From Myxococcota bacterium (GTDB lineage Bacteria > Myxococcota_A > Polyangia > Polyangiales > Houyiibacteriaceae), in contig JANQQS010000005.1 of NCBI GenBank assembly GCA_028284955.1, positions 70,007-134,006 of the forward strand: 64,000 nucleotides of DNA, read 5' to 3'. Below the pieces are notes generated by a model. That model made no database searches. It had not been told where the DNA came from and was given only the letters and a program-made list of their open reading frames with translations. Position numbers and translations under genes: made by a program. Below are positions 1 through 9,244 of this stretch, piece by piece (the first letter of the stretch is position 1; every line of letters begins with the position of its first letter).

Positions 1-858
1 CGTGGGACCTGGCGGCCACGTGTACATGAGCTGGTACCCAAACTGCTGGTAGCCCAACTGTGGATTGCTTGGTTCGACAATGGTGACGCTAGCGTGATGG
101 TAGTACACCGCCACGGGTGGCTCCGCGCCCGAACAACGCGCAGGATCCAGCGCCGAACTCAACGTATGAGGCGAATCTAGGTTGATGGATTGCGTAATCG
201 TCGTTGAAAATTTGCACTCGAATGTGCCCTCCCATTGCGTGTCCATGACTTGAATCACATCATCGCGAAGAATCTTGTTGAACGAGTTAAGCTCGACCGC
301 GCGATGAACGGCCTTGAGCGCGCCGAAGATCGGGGTGTTCGAATGCTTCGAGACCAATTGAAGATACAGGTCGTACCAGCACGCGCTGAGCGCGAGAATA
401 GCCGCCGCCATGTAGCCGGCCTCGTTGGGACTCAGCACGTACGCGGCGACTTTGTTCACTTCAATCACAGCCGGAGAACTCAGGGGTTTGTATGAACCAA
501 ACACCTGCACCATGCCGCACTCTCGGTTCCCGCGACGGTCCTTCGAGCGACGGAGATTTTCTTGCTGTAGCTTCTCTGCTGCTTCGTAGGTAGTTTTTCG
601 AACAAGCTCGGATAGCTCGGCGTCGACGCTACTGGATTCAGACCCCGAACCAGAAAAAACGCCCGTTGCGATCGCCGTCAAAATGTTCCGAAACCAAGCC
701 GCGATATCAACCTTGGTTTCCGTTTCGCTCGGCAGATCAATAAGAAACTTCTGAGATTCTTCGCCTCGAGATGCGTCGCCGCCTGGAGAAACCTCCGCCG
801 CACAGCCCCACAAGGCGACCGCGACAACCATCGCGCCTGCGCAACTCCGCCCAAACAT
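1..858 (-). CDS. Lipoprotein of unknown function, partial (runs off left edge; not in ORF track)
   Basis: Manual translation: ATG at 858, MFGRSCAGAMVVAVALWGC-AAEVSPGGDASRGEESQK..., open to base 1 (...QLGYQQFGYQLMYTWPPGPT); lipobox LWGC. Confidence 0.8.
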   Translation of the reverse strand, partial: MFGRSCAGAMVVAVALWGCAAEVSPGGDASRGEESQKFLIDLPSETETKVDIAAWFRNILTAIATGVFSGSGSESSSVDAELSELVRKTTYEAAEKLQQENLRRSKDRRGNRECGMVQVFGSYKPLSSPAVIEVNKVAAYVLSPNEAGYMAAAILALSACWYDLYLQLVSKHSNTPIFGALKAVHRAVELNSFNKILRDDVIQVMDTQWEGTFECKFSTTITQSINLDSPHTLSSALDPARCSGAEPPVAVYYHHASVTIVEPSNPQLGYQQFGYQLMYTWPPGPT

Positions 859-979
859 ATTCGCCAACCCCAGCTCCGATACAACTCTGACACAACAATG
901 ACACATCGCTATCGCGCCGTGTTTGACACCGTCCTCCCAAAGTCGTCAAGTGGAGGTCGCTTTCGAACCAAGCCTCGAC

Positions 980-1792
980 TCAAGAGCCACCGTTCCAACG
1001 AACGAAGTGAGTTTCGTATGGTTGGAGACTCCCATCCTTGAGCGGCAGGTCAAAAAACATCTGTACGAACCCAAAGGCCGGATTGCGAGACCAGCGTTGG
1101 CCACCCCAAATACCCACCAGGCGACCGGTTTCATCGTGAACAACCGCCCCGCCGCGCATACTCAACAAGCGCTCTTTTCGCCACACGAACGCCGCTACGT
1201 TGGGCACCCATGTGAGCTCTCCGTCGCGCGTGCTCAGCACGCAGCTTCCGTCACGACAGATGACCCCCGCGTTCTCCACTCGGCGCCCGTCAATCCAGCG
1301 TCCGTGATCGAGATACGGCGGCGACGCAGGCGGTAAAGTGCCCGAGGTATGCTTCGTTTGGAGAATCGCGAAGTCCTTCGTCTGCTCCCGCGAAATCGCG
1401 CGGCTCTTTTTGTAGAAGCCGTTGACCGCGACCACGACTCGCACACAGGCGCTGGTCGAGTCGCGCTCAGAAGCAAACGGCCAATGAATCGCCCGCACTT
1501 GCTGGCATGCGGGCTCGCTGTCGCGGGTCGCACGGGTCACACTGCCCAAAACGCACGTCGCCGACGTCGCCACCAAACTTCCGCCATCTAAATCGGCGAT
1601 GCGAATCGCAGAGCACGTATCATGTCGATTCGTCAAACTCACCCAGCCCAGCGAGGCGTACTCAAACGCACGGTGCCTCGACTTGGTTTCCAACGCTTCC
1701 GTTTGCGCCGATTCAACGCGCGCCGCGCAGGCTCCCGATGCATTTACCACGACTAAAATGAACAAAACAAAGTAGAAAAACCGAAACATCAC
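980..1792 (-). CDS. Lipoprotein with degenerate trypsin-like (S1) fold, probably inactive
   Basis: Signal + SGAC; CSAIRI..LVATSATCV (TAAHC His replaced), DFAIL, SMRGGAV in place of GDSGGP. Confidence 0.6.
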   Translation of the reverse strand: MMFRFFYFVLFILVVVNASGACAARVESAQTEALETKSRHRAFEYASLGWVSLTNRHDTCSAIRIADLDGGSLVATSATCVLGSVTRATRDSEPACQQVRAIHWPFASERDSTSACVRVVVAVNGFYKKSRAISREQTKDFAILQTKHTSGTLPPASPPYLDHGRWIDGRRVENAGVICRDGSCVLSTRDGELTWVPNVAAFVWRKERLLSMRGGAVVHDETGRLVGIWGGQRWSRNPAFGFVQMFFDLPLKDGSLQPYETHFVRWNGGS

Positions 1793-1801
1793 GGATTCTC
1801 G

Positions 1802-2383
1802 CTAATGACATATCCACTGCCAGCCCCAGTGACCTCCCGTGCATAGGCAGGTCATACCGCTGTTCTTCTCACATTTCTTCCCCGGCGCAGTGCAGGTCGT
1901 GCCCGTTGCCACCGTCGAATCACAATCACGCGTCCCCGTCGCCCTGGCCGCCGTAGCCACCACTGTAGAAATCAGGACTACCGAAACACCGGCGGCGTCC
2001 AATGTTGCTCGCTGCTCCGGCGACGGCTCGGGAATGCGAATCGTTCGCCGACGAGAAAATGCCTGTCCGAGTTGATCGACACCCCATTGAAGCCCCGTAT
2101 ACATCGCCGCCACTGCCGACGCGCACTTCGCCGCGCCGACTGGCGAGGAGCAGTACGCAACCACCATGGTCGCCGCCCCTTTTTCTTGAACGTCAGGCTC
2201 GGGCGGCACATCAGCCGCGCAACCCGCCAGCGCAAAGCAGGAGAAGCCGAGTAGTAACGAGGCGCTAACTGCAGACATCGAAACGATCATACCGCCTATC
2301 AATGCTCTCCCGCCTACTATTGATTGAAACCCTGCGGAGTCAAGGCGTACGGGCGCAGCGAAGGTCGCCTCCGAAACCGACAT
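1802..2383 (-). CDS. Lipoprotein with small Cys-rich C-terminal domain (true start probably ~30 codons downstream)
   Basis: Lipobox LAGC-AADVPPEPDVQEK; C-terminus CDSTVATGTTCTAPGKKCEKNSGMTCLCTGGHWGWQWICH. Confidence 0.7.
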   Translation of the reverse strand: MSVSEATFAAPVRLDSAGFQSIVGGRALIGGMIVSMSAVSASLLLGFSCFALAGCAADVPPEPDVQEKGAATMVVAYCSSPVGAAKCASAVAAMYTGLQWGVDQLGQAFSRRRTIRIPEPSPEQRATLDAAGVSVVLISTVVATAARATGTRDCDSTVATGTTCTAPGKKCEKNSGMTCLCTGGHWGWQWICH

Positions 2384-2389
2384 TATGGG

Positions 2390-3055
2390 CTAATGAACTC
2401 TGCAAATACCCCGAGCGAATTTGACCCACCACTCGTTGAGATGGGGAGAGAAGCTATTCGAGTAATGCGTCATGCAGTACACAACGTTGCGGTCTGAGCC
2501 AGCTGGATTCGGCAAAACGAGCGCCTCAAGCGCCATCAAGCCCGCTCGGTCGCGTCCTCTGTGCGCAATTCCTTCGAGGGAAGTTCGGAATGCTTGGTAT
2601 CGACTTCCACCAGGCCCGAACGCTTGCTCGTCACGGCGACTCGTCTGCGTTCCGCCACGAAGATCACTCAGCCGGCGATAGGGACAAACCGGTTCTTTTT
2701 CCGCGATCCCGACTCGAGGATACTGCGGCGCACGCTCAGTCGAATCGTACGATTGCGCCAACCCGTTCGAAAATTGGACGAGCGTCTCCTCTGGAAACCA
2801 CTGGCTACCAAAACTCTTTTTTGTTTCGACCTTGACCTCTGTTTCTTTTGCCCACCCAATCAAAGCGCCATTTACGGAGATCGCGTGACGGATGATTTCG
2901 TATGTCCATTGGCCGTCGCCGGACTTCAACATACAAGTTGGCGAGCTCTTCTCCACGGCTTCTGCCGAATCCGCGAGTTCCGCGGCGCATCCGAGAGTCG
3001 AAGCGATTACGAAGGCCAGCGCGATGCGCGCGAGGTGTGCTGAATACTGCTGCAT
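2390..3055 (-). CDS. Lipoprotein of unknown function
   Basis: Signal peptide + TLGC-AAELADSAEAVEK; tightly packed with neighbouring lipoprotein genes. Confidence 0.75.
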   Translation of the reverse strand: MQQYSAHLARIALAFVIASTLGCAAELADSAEAVEKSSPTCMLKSGDGQWTYEIIRHAISVNGALIGWAKETEVKVETKKSFGSQWFPEETLVQFSNGLAQSYDSTERAPQYPRVGIAEKEPVCPYRRLSDLRGGTQTSRRDEQAFGPGGSRYQAFRTSLEGIAHRGRDRAGLMALEALVLPNPAGSDRNVVYCMTHYSNSFSPHLNEWWVKFARGICRVH

Positions 3056-3093
3056 GATGTCTGGGGCGCGGTCCTAGCGATACTCGGCTCTCG

Positions 3094-4083
3094 GTGCAAC
3101 CCGAAACGACGCAGTCGGTTGGAGCAGATCGCTGCGCGTGGTACTGTTTATCTAGTCGCGTGGCGTATGTAGAGCGGAGGTTGGCGCGGTGGCCGCACTG
3201 CCCTGAAAGACAGGGAGCCGGGAGGCTGAAGCGCTTCTCGGGGCAGGCTTTGGCGACTGCGCTCTCTGCGGCATGCCTGGCGCTTGGCTTGGGCCTGCCC
3301 TCGACCGGGCACGCGCAGCGGCGAGGGACGCTTCGCGCGGATGCAAAGGCCAGCGAGACGGAAATGGCGACGGCGCGAACCCTCTTCGAATCGGGGCTCG
3401 ACGCGGCGAAGAAAAAGGAGTGGGCTCAGGCGCGCGATTTATTCGCGCGGTCGTACGCGATCGCCGAAGTTCCCGCGACGCTCTTGAACCTCGCCAGCGC
3501 GCAGGTGCATACCGGGCAGCTCGTCGCCGGAGCAGAAAACTATCAGCGCTTTCTTTCCCGCGCGCACACTGGGCCCGCCGCGCGTTATCGTGCAGAGGCA
3601 GAGTCCGCGCGCGCCAAAGTGCTGGCGCGGATTCCCCATGTGCGCATCGAGCTGCAAGGCGGCGGCCCGGATGATCGCGTAGAAATCGACGACCGCGCCG
3701 TCGCCCGCGCCGTGGTCGGCACAAGGATTCCCCTCGATCCGGGGCCGCATACGGTGCGCGTGATGCGCGGCGCAAACGAGGTCGACCGAGCATCGTTTGC
3801 GCTCGAAGAACGAGACGAGCATTCGGTGCGCCTGGTCGCTCCTCCACCATCGATTCGCCAACCCGTTGACTCACCACACTCAGCCTCTGAATCTCCAGCG
3901 CGCGACGCATCGAGCGCCCGCGCTTCGCGCCGTCGATGGATCGGTATCTCGATCGGCGTCGCGGTGGTTATCGGCGGCGTGCTCGCCGCGGTCTTGCTCA
4001 CGCGCGATCGCGACGACGGCCACACCGGCAACTTGGGGCCGGGCCGAGTCAGCTACGGATTTGACCCGGGTCTATCATGGTAG
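3094..4083 (+). CDS. Secreted TPR + PEGA-like protein with C-terminal TM (myxobacterial kinase-associated type)
   Basis: ARTLFESGLDAAKKKEWAQARDLFARSY..TLLNLA TPR; LDPGPHTVRV PEGA-like; C-terminal hydrophobic helix; real start may be downstream. Confidence 0.8.
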   Translation: MQPETTQSVGADRCAWYCLSSRVAYVERRLARWPHCPERQGAGRLKRFSGQALATALSAACLALGLGLPSTGHAQRRGTLRADAKASETEMATARTLFESGLDAAKKKEWAQARDLFARSYAIAEVPATLLNLASAQVHTGQLVAGAENYQRFLSRAHTGPAARYRAEAESARAKVLARIPHVRIELQGGGPDDRVEIDDRAVARAVVGTRIPLDPGPHTVRVMRGANEVDRASFALEERDEHSVRLVAPPPSIRQPVDSPHSASESPARDASSARASRRRWIGISIGVAVVIGGVLAAVLLTRDRDDGHTGNLGPGRVSYGFDPGLSW

Positions 4084-5330
4084 CGCGCGCGTCGATAGAC
4101 TCCGCGAAGTGGTGGGTCTGTGTGGCCAGCTTGCTTTGCGCCTGCTCATCTTCGCCGACCGAGTTGGTGCTCGCGATTCAAAGCGACTTGACGGTCCCCG
4201 ATGAGCTTGACGAAATCGAGGTCACGATTCAGGGGCCGAGCGCGATGCGCACCATCAACCAGTCGCTCTCCGAACCGGGTGCACCGAGCCTTCCCCTGAC
4301 TTTGAGCCTTACTCCATCGGGAGAGCTCGGGGTGGTCGATATCGTCGTGGTCGGCAAGAAAGGGGGCGCATCGATTGTCGGCCGACGGGTTCGAACCTCG
4401 GCGATCCGGGGGCAAAGCCGAGCCGTCTCGGTGTGGCTGCTTCGCTCGTGTGTCAATGTGATGTGCCCCGGCGAGCAAACCTGCGCCGAGCGAGGATGCA
4501 TCCCGATCGATATCGATCCCGAAGAGTTGCCGCCCTGGACAGGGCAGCCGCCGGCTCGCGAAGGTTCGACCGAACGAGACGGGGGCGTCACCGATGCAGG
4601 TGCGGGAGACGGCAGTACGGTCGTTGGTTCGGAATGCACCGACGATCGCGAATGCAATGATGAAGTCGCATGCACCGAAGATTCCTGCAGGGACGATGGC
4701 CGATGTGTGTTCGCGCCTCGCGATGAGAACTGCACGGCTGGACCCGGAGGCGTATGCGACCCCGCGCTAGATTGCCAATACGACGAATGCACCGAAGTCA
4801 CCTGCACCGCGGGTCCCTGCCAAGTCGCTGAATGCCAAGGGAACCGATGCGTGCGCACGTCGACATGCGCCGACAATCAAATGTGCTGCAACGACTCGTG
4901 CGTCCCTGCGGGATGCGAAGATGGCAACTTCTGCACGGAAAACCTCTGCGATCCAGACCAGGGATGCATTTCCGAACCGGTTGACTGCGACGACAACAAC
5001 CCCTGCACCGACGACTCGTGCGAACCGACTTCAGGCTGCGAGCGAACCCCGCGAAGCGGGTCCTGCACGGACGCCGACCCGTGTACCACAGGCGAGCAAT
5101 GCATGGCCGGTCAATGCGTGGGCACGGGAACCATCGATTGTACCGACACGAACCCTTGCACCAACGACCGCTGCGTGCCCTTTTTCGGATGCAGCAACTC
5201 GCCCGACATCAACGCAACGTGCGACGACGGGCTCGACTGCACAACCAACGACCGCTGCTTCGGAACTATGTGCACCGGAACCAGCACGTGTCCTTTGCTC
5301 ATGACGTGCACAGCCAGCGGCTGTTCGTAA
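4077..5330 (+). CDS. Cys-rich lipoprotein with CxDxNxCTxDxC repeats
   Basis: Lipobox LCAC; TELVLAIQSDL N-domain; repeats CDDNNPCTDDSC, CTDTNPCTNDRC; overlaps upstream stop. Confidence 0.85.
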   Translation: MVARASIDSAKWWVCVASLLCACSSSPTELVLAIQSDLTVPDELDEIEVTIQGPSAMRTINQSLSEPGAPSLPLTLSLTPSGELGVVDIVVVGKKGGASIVGRRVRTSAIRGQSRAVSVWLLRSCVNVMCPGEQTCAERGCIPIDIDPEELPPWTGQPPAREGSTERDGGVTDAGAGDGSTVVGSECTDDRECNDEVACTEDSCRDDGRCVFAPRDENCTAGPGGVCDPALDCQYDECTEVTCTAGPCQVAECQGNRCVRTSTCADNQMCCNDSCVPAGCEDGNFCTENLCDPDQGCISEPVDCDDNNPCTDDSCEPTSGCERTPRSGSCTDADPCTTGEQCMAGQCVGTGTIDCTDTNPCTNDRCVPFFGCSNSPDINATCDDGLDCTTNDRCFGTMCTGTSTCPLLMTCTASGCS

Positions 5331-5572
5331 CGCCGAAGCCGAATCGGAATCCAGAGGCTGACGCCGAACCCGAGTCTGACGCCGAACCTGAACTCGGTGC
5401 TGAACCAGCAGCTGAGTCCGATCCAGATCCGGATCCTGCATCGGGATCGGGTGCAGATGCGGGTTCGGCGTCGGGTTCAGGTTCAGGTTCAGGTTCGGCA
5501 TCTGAATCGGGTTAAATCGGGTCCCGCTTCGGCGTCAGGTTCCGACTCTGCGTCTGGTTCCGCAACGGTTCT
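5331..5572. repeat. Hexanucleotide-period quasi-palindromic repeat tract between convergent genes
   Basis: gacgccgaacccgagtct/gccgaacctgaa units followed by their inverse gggttcggcgtc/ggttcaggttca; sits between stops at 5330 and 5576. Confidence 0.7.
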
Positions 5573-5575
5573 TGA

Positions 5576-7159
5576 CTAGTAGATAAACTCGTCGGCAAGC
5601 GGCAGTTCGCTGGAGCCTGTCGAGTTTCCAGTCGCCGGCTTGGCGCGCTTCGAAGGCGTACGCTTTTTGACAGACTTTCTGATTCGGCGCGGCCGGGTAA
5701 TCTTTCGCACAGCGCGCTTGCTCGATAGGCGCGGCTTTGCTTCCACGCCTGCGTCCGCCGACGCATCAAGGTCGCTCGCTCTAGTGAGGTCGCTCACTCG
5801 AGTGAGGTCGCTCGTTTTCGAAGTGAGAGTCTTCGGCTCCCGCGATGGTGCAGCGCTTTTTGATGGCGAACTCGGCGCCGGACTCAACTCTCGATCCAGA
5901 GACGGACCCGGAGTCGCGTCAGAAACGACCGTGGGCTCCTCTGAACGACGGGTAGCGCGCGCCTCGGGCTCGGGCCGGGCAAACGCAAACACGGCGAGGC
6001 TGCCCACCACCACTGCGCTCGCGACCACCCACGCCCAGCGGCTCGAGACCGAGTCGCGAACCGTTTTTCTGAGCCAACTCTCAGGCAAGCGCGGCGCCGA
6101 ATCATCCGCCCCCGCCAGCAAAACCTCCGAGGTACTGATCGTCATATTGCGCATCACGTCGTCGGGTGCGTGCTTTGATATCTCAGGAACCGCCTGCGCC
6201 TCTGGGGGAACAAGGGATTTCGCGCCGCGGATCTGCTCGGCCATCGCGGTTTGCAACAGCTCGGCGAGGTGAGACTCATCAAGCATCAGCCCATTCGGCA
6301 TGACTTCGCCGAGATGGCGTCGAAACGCCTGCGCGGAGGGGTGGCGTTTTTCTGGGTCTGCCGATAACGCTTTCATCACGACTGCGTCGAGCGCTTTCGG
6401 AACTCCGGGCATGATGGCACTCGGCGGGTCGACTTTGGGGTTGATGACTTTTTTCACCAACGCCGCCACATTGTTTTCGGCGCGAAACAGGCGACGCATG
6501 GTGAGCATTTCCCAAAGCACGATGCCCAGCGCGTAAATATCGGTTCGGCGATCGACTTCGCGGCCTTCGACTTGCTCTGGCGCCATGTAGCGGACTTTGC
6601 CTTTGAGCGAAGTGCTGGTGGTCTCTTGGAGGCGGCGACTCGCTTTGGCGACCCCGAAGTCGATAAGCTTGACGAAGCCATCATAGGCGAGCAGCACGTT
6701 TTGCGGGCTTACGTCGCGATGGACGACCGAGAGCAAATTGCCTTCTTGATCCTTGAGCTCGTGGGCAGCGTGCAGCCCGTTGCAAATCCGCGACGCAATG
6801 TGCACTGCGAGCTCTGGCGTGAGGCGTCGTTTTCTACGCGCCAGCTCGTGAAGCAGCTGGGCGAGCGAGCAGCCGTGCACATACTCCATGACGAGCACGT
6901 TCTGCCCACCGATTTCCCGCAGCTCTTCGATATGAACCACGTTGGGATGGTGGATACGCGCCGATAGATGGGCTTCGTCGACGAACATCCGCACGAAGTG
7001 TGGGTCCTGTGCGAGATGTGGATGCACTACCTTGAGCACCACGTGCTTCGAAAACCCAGACGCACCTTTGCGCCGGCCTAGATACAACGTCGCCATCCCG
7101 CCCGACTTCAGCTGGGCGATGATCTCCAAATCGCCCAACTGTTCTCCAACTTGGACCAT
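5576..7159 (-). CDS. Hanks-type Ser/Thr protein kinase with TM segment
   Basis: SGGMATLY, VVLK, VHRDVSPQN, DFG, YMAPE, DIYALG motifs intact. Confidence 0.95.
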   Translation of the reverse strand: MVQVGEQLGDLEIIAQLKSGGMATLYLGRRKGASGFSKHVVLKVVHPHLAQDPHFVRMFVDEAHLSARIHHPNVVHIEELREIGGQNVLVMEYVHGCSLAQLLHELARRKRRLTPELAVHIASRICNGLHAAHELKDQEGNLLSVVHRDVSPQNVLLAYDGFVKLIDFGVAKASRRLQETTSTSLKGKVRYMAPEQVEGREVDRRTDIYALGIVLWEMLTMRRLFRAENNVAALVKKVINPKVDPPSAIMPGVPKALDAVVMKALSADPEKRHPSAQAFRRHLGEVMPNGLMLDESHLAELLQTAMAEQIRGAKSLVPPEAQAVPEISKHAPDDVMRNMTISTSEVLLAGADDSAPRLPESWLRKTVRDSVSSRWAWVVASAVVVGSLAVFAFARPEPEARATRRSEEPTVVSDATPGPSLDRELSPAPSSPSKSAAPSREPKTLTSKTSDLTRVSDLTRASDLDASADAGVEAKPRLSSKRAVRKITRPRRIRKSVKKRTPSKRAKPATGNSTGSSELPLADEFIY

Positions 7160-7285
7160 GAACGGCGAACCTTGAAATAGTCCCCAAAGCCGGACGTTGG
7201 CTCCAAAGACCCAAAGAACGCTCCAAATTTACCCCAAACTGGTGCTGCCATCCACTGTGGTCGATCGAGCCGAAAATCCGAGGCC

Positions 7286-8170
7286 CTATCGGCAAAAGGG
7301 CGATCCGGAGAGGCAATCGTCGATCCATGGCCGGAATGCCGAAACCCGGGTGTACACATCAGGTATCGCGCCGTTGCAGGCTCCAGTGTTCGCATCGGTG
7401 GCGCCGAAACTCACTACGCCAACCTGAACGCCGCCAAAGTGCAGGGGGCCGCCGCTATCGCCGCGACACGATCCTTGGACCGAGGTGGCCGATGCGCAGA
7501 GTTGCGAGCCTTGAATCACCTGCAGGGGCCTCCATTTCTCGGCGCACTGCTGGTTGGAGACAATGGGATAGTCCAAGCGCTGAAGCACCGAGCTCACCGA
7601 GGCTTGGTTGGTCGCGCCCCATCCGCGGAGCTGCGCGTTATCTCCCGCATCTGGGTCACGATCCTTGGTGGCAAGCGCCGTGGTGGGGGCAGTGGTCGGC
7701 GCAGAAAGCTTCATGAGCGCGATATCGTGCGCCGGGCTCGTTCCGCCTGCGTAGAGATAGTGGCGTTTGATTTCAGAGAAGCGAATCGTGTTCGCGCTCG
7801 TACACTGGTTCAAGTTCTGCACGCCCACGCAGCCACGCAACGAAGTGAGCGGAATGCCGAAGAGGCCGCCAAATTCTTTGACGCAGTGCGCGGCGGTGAG
7901 CATCCATTCCTCATCGATCAGAGTGCCTGCGCAGTGGTGCCTCCAGGTGCCATCTTTAAAGAGCACTTGCATCGACACGAGCCACGGCTCAGCCGCCGCG
8001 TCGGTGCCTCCGCGGACCTCGTTCGATGAGCTCTCCACTTCGGTAATCACTTCATCCGAAAGCGGTTCGATATCACCCGTGCAGCCGATCAGCCCATGCG
8101 CTGCCAGCGCGATTGCGCTGATGGTGCTCGCTCGGCTCCAAGAAAAGATCTTCGTTTCGGGTTTCTTCAC
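7286..8170 (-). CDS. Lipid-anchored chymotrypsin-family (S1) serine protease
   Basis: Lipobox LIGC; activation site NE|VRGG; triad motifs LTAAHC, DIAL, GDSGGP. Confidence 0.92.
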   Translation of the reverse strand: MKKPETKIFSWSRASTISAIALAAHGLIGCTGDIEPLSDEVITEVESSSNEVRGGTDAAAEPWLVSMQVLFKDGTWRHHCAGTLIDEEWMLTAAHCVKEFGGLFGIPLTSLRGCVGVQNLNQCTSANTIRFSEIKRHYLYAGGTSPAHDIALMKLSAPTTAPTTALATKDRDPDAGDNAQLRGWGATNQASVSSVLQRLDYPIVSNQQCAEKWRPLQVIQGSQLCASATSVQGSCRGDSGGPLHFGGVQVGVVSFGATDANTGACNGAIPDVYTRVSAFRPWIDDCLSGSPFCR

Positions 8171-8196
8171 TGCAAACCTCCTACTTCAACGAACTT

Positions 8197-8475
8197 TCAC
8201 ATCCCAAACGCGACCCACGCGACGATCGAAGCCACCGCCACCGCCACCGCGCCAATCACGATCACGAACCGACGACGGCGGCGACGAGCTCGCTGTACAA
8301 CGGATCGCGCAATCGAATACGACTGCTCTTCCGACAACCATTCCGCAGGGCCCTGACCCTCTGTGAGCGGCTCCCACAACAGGCCCGCGCCCTCTTCGGT
8401 CTCATGCTCGCTAGCCGCCCGTTCTGCCGGAGCAGCTAAATCCGTTTCGCGATCTGATTTCGATGCTGGACTCAC
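8197..8475 (-). CDS. Short single-TM protein coupled to ECF sigma (anti-sigma-like, possibly truncated)
   Basis: GTG overlaps sigma TGA (GTGA); RRRRRR followed by hydrophobic helix then stop, 92 aa. Confidence 0.55.
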   Translation of the reverse strand: MSPASKSDRETDLAAPAERAASEHETEEGAGLLWEPLTEGQGPAEWLSEEQSYSIARSVVQRARRRRRRFVIVIGAVAVAVASIVAWVAFGM

Positions 8476-9089
8476 GGTGCACCTTCCCCCGCGCACGATC
8501 GCACCCGCAGATGGGAAACACCATGCCGAATCCGGCTGCGTACCGTCTCCGTCGGGATCGACAGCTCGGAAGCGATTTCCGCGATGCTCATGCCAAGCAC
8601 GTGGTGCATGACGACCGCGATGCGTTGTTTTCCAGGTAGCTCGTCAAGGCGATCGACCAACCGACGGCGCGTGAGATAGCGCTCGCCGGGCGCCTCGCGG
8701 CTCGGCAGCTCCTCCGAAGGCACAAGTGAAGAACGCTGTCGTTCACGCGCTCGTTTGCGCTGGCTCGCGAGCGTTACGCGGAGCACGATGCCATCCACCC
8801 ACGACGCAAAGCGCCCTTCGCCTCGAAAACTCGGAAGTCGTTCGATGACTTTCACCAGCGCGTCCTGAGCAATATCGTCCACCGATTGATCTCCCCGCAC
8901 CAAATAGCGCACCAGATTGCGTACGCGAGGAAGCAGCTCGACCACCAGCGATTCGGTCGCCTTCGTGTCTCCCTTCGCGGCCGCGAGCACGCGCGGGTCG
9001 ATGCCCCCCGGCGCATCCACCCGGCCGCGCGCGCGTTCCCGACCCGTCACGGTCAGTTGAAATCCCCTCGCATAAACATCAGCGTACAT
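8472..9089 (-). CDS. ECF-type RNA polymerase sigma-70 factor
   Basis: DDIAQDALVKV..SFRGEGRFASWV region 2; LPGKQRIAVVMHHVLGMSIAEIASELSIPTETVRSRI region 4. Confidence 0.93.
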   Translation of the reverse strand: MYADVYARGFQLTVTGRERARGRVDAPGGIDPRVLAAAKGDTKATESLVVELLPRVRNLVRYLVRGDQSVDDIAQDALVKVIERLPSFRGEGRFASWVDGIVLRVTLASQRKRARERQRSSLVPSEELPSREAPGERYLTRRRLVDRLDELPGKQRIAVVMHHVLGMSIAEIASELSIPTETVRSRIRHGVSHLRVRSCAGEGAP

Positions 9090-9169
9090 CGGTTTCCATC
9101 ATTGCGGCCGCCCCATCGCTACGCGACGAGGCCCCGGCAGTTCGACGTATGGATTTCTGTTCATGTGCA

Positions 9170-9240
9170 TCCTGGCGGGGGAGTTTGGGTGAATCGGCGG
9201 GGTCGTACCCCGACGAGAGGGTCTGGGTGCCAGACCCTAA
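9170..9240. repeat. REP-like double-hairpin element (reverse complement of 23935-24006)
   Basis: cggggtcgtaccccg and agggtctgggtgccagaccct hairpins; near-identical inverted copy at ~23.94 kb. Confidence 0.75.
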
Positions 9241-9244
9241 AAAA

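Noticed and set aside
5018-5515. ORF with PE/SG repeats
   Set aside because: Out-of-frame overlap with 4077-5330 that reads through a non-coding hexamer repeat
7286-8170. This protease as the enzyme cleaving the lipoprotein headers after Lys
   Set aside because: S1 pocket residue is Gly (QGSC), not the Asp needed for trypsin-like specificity
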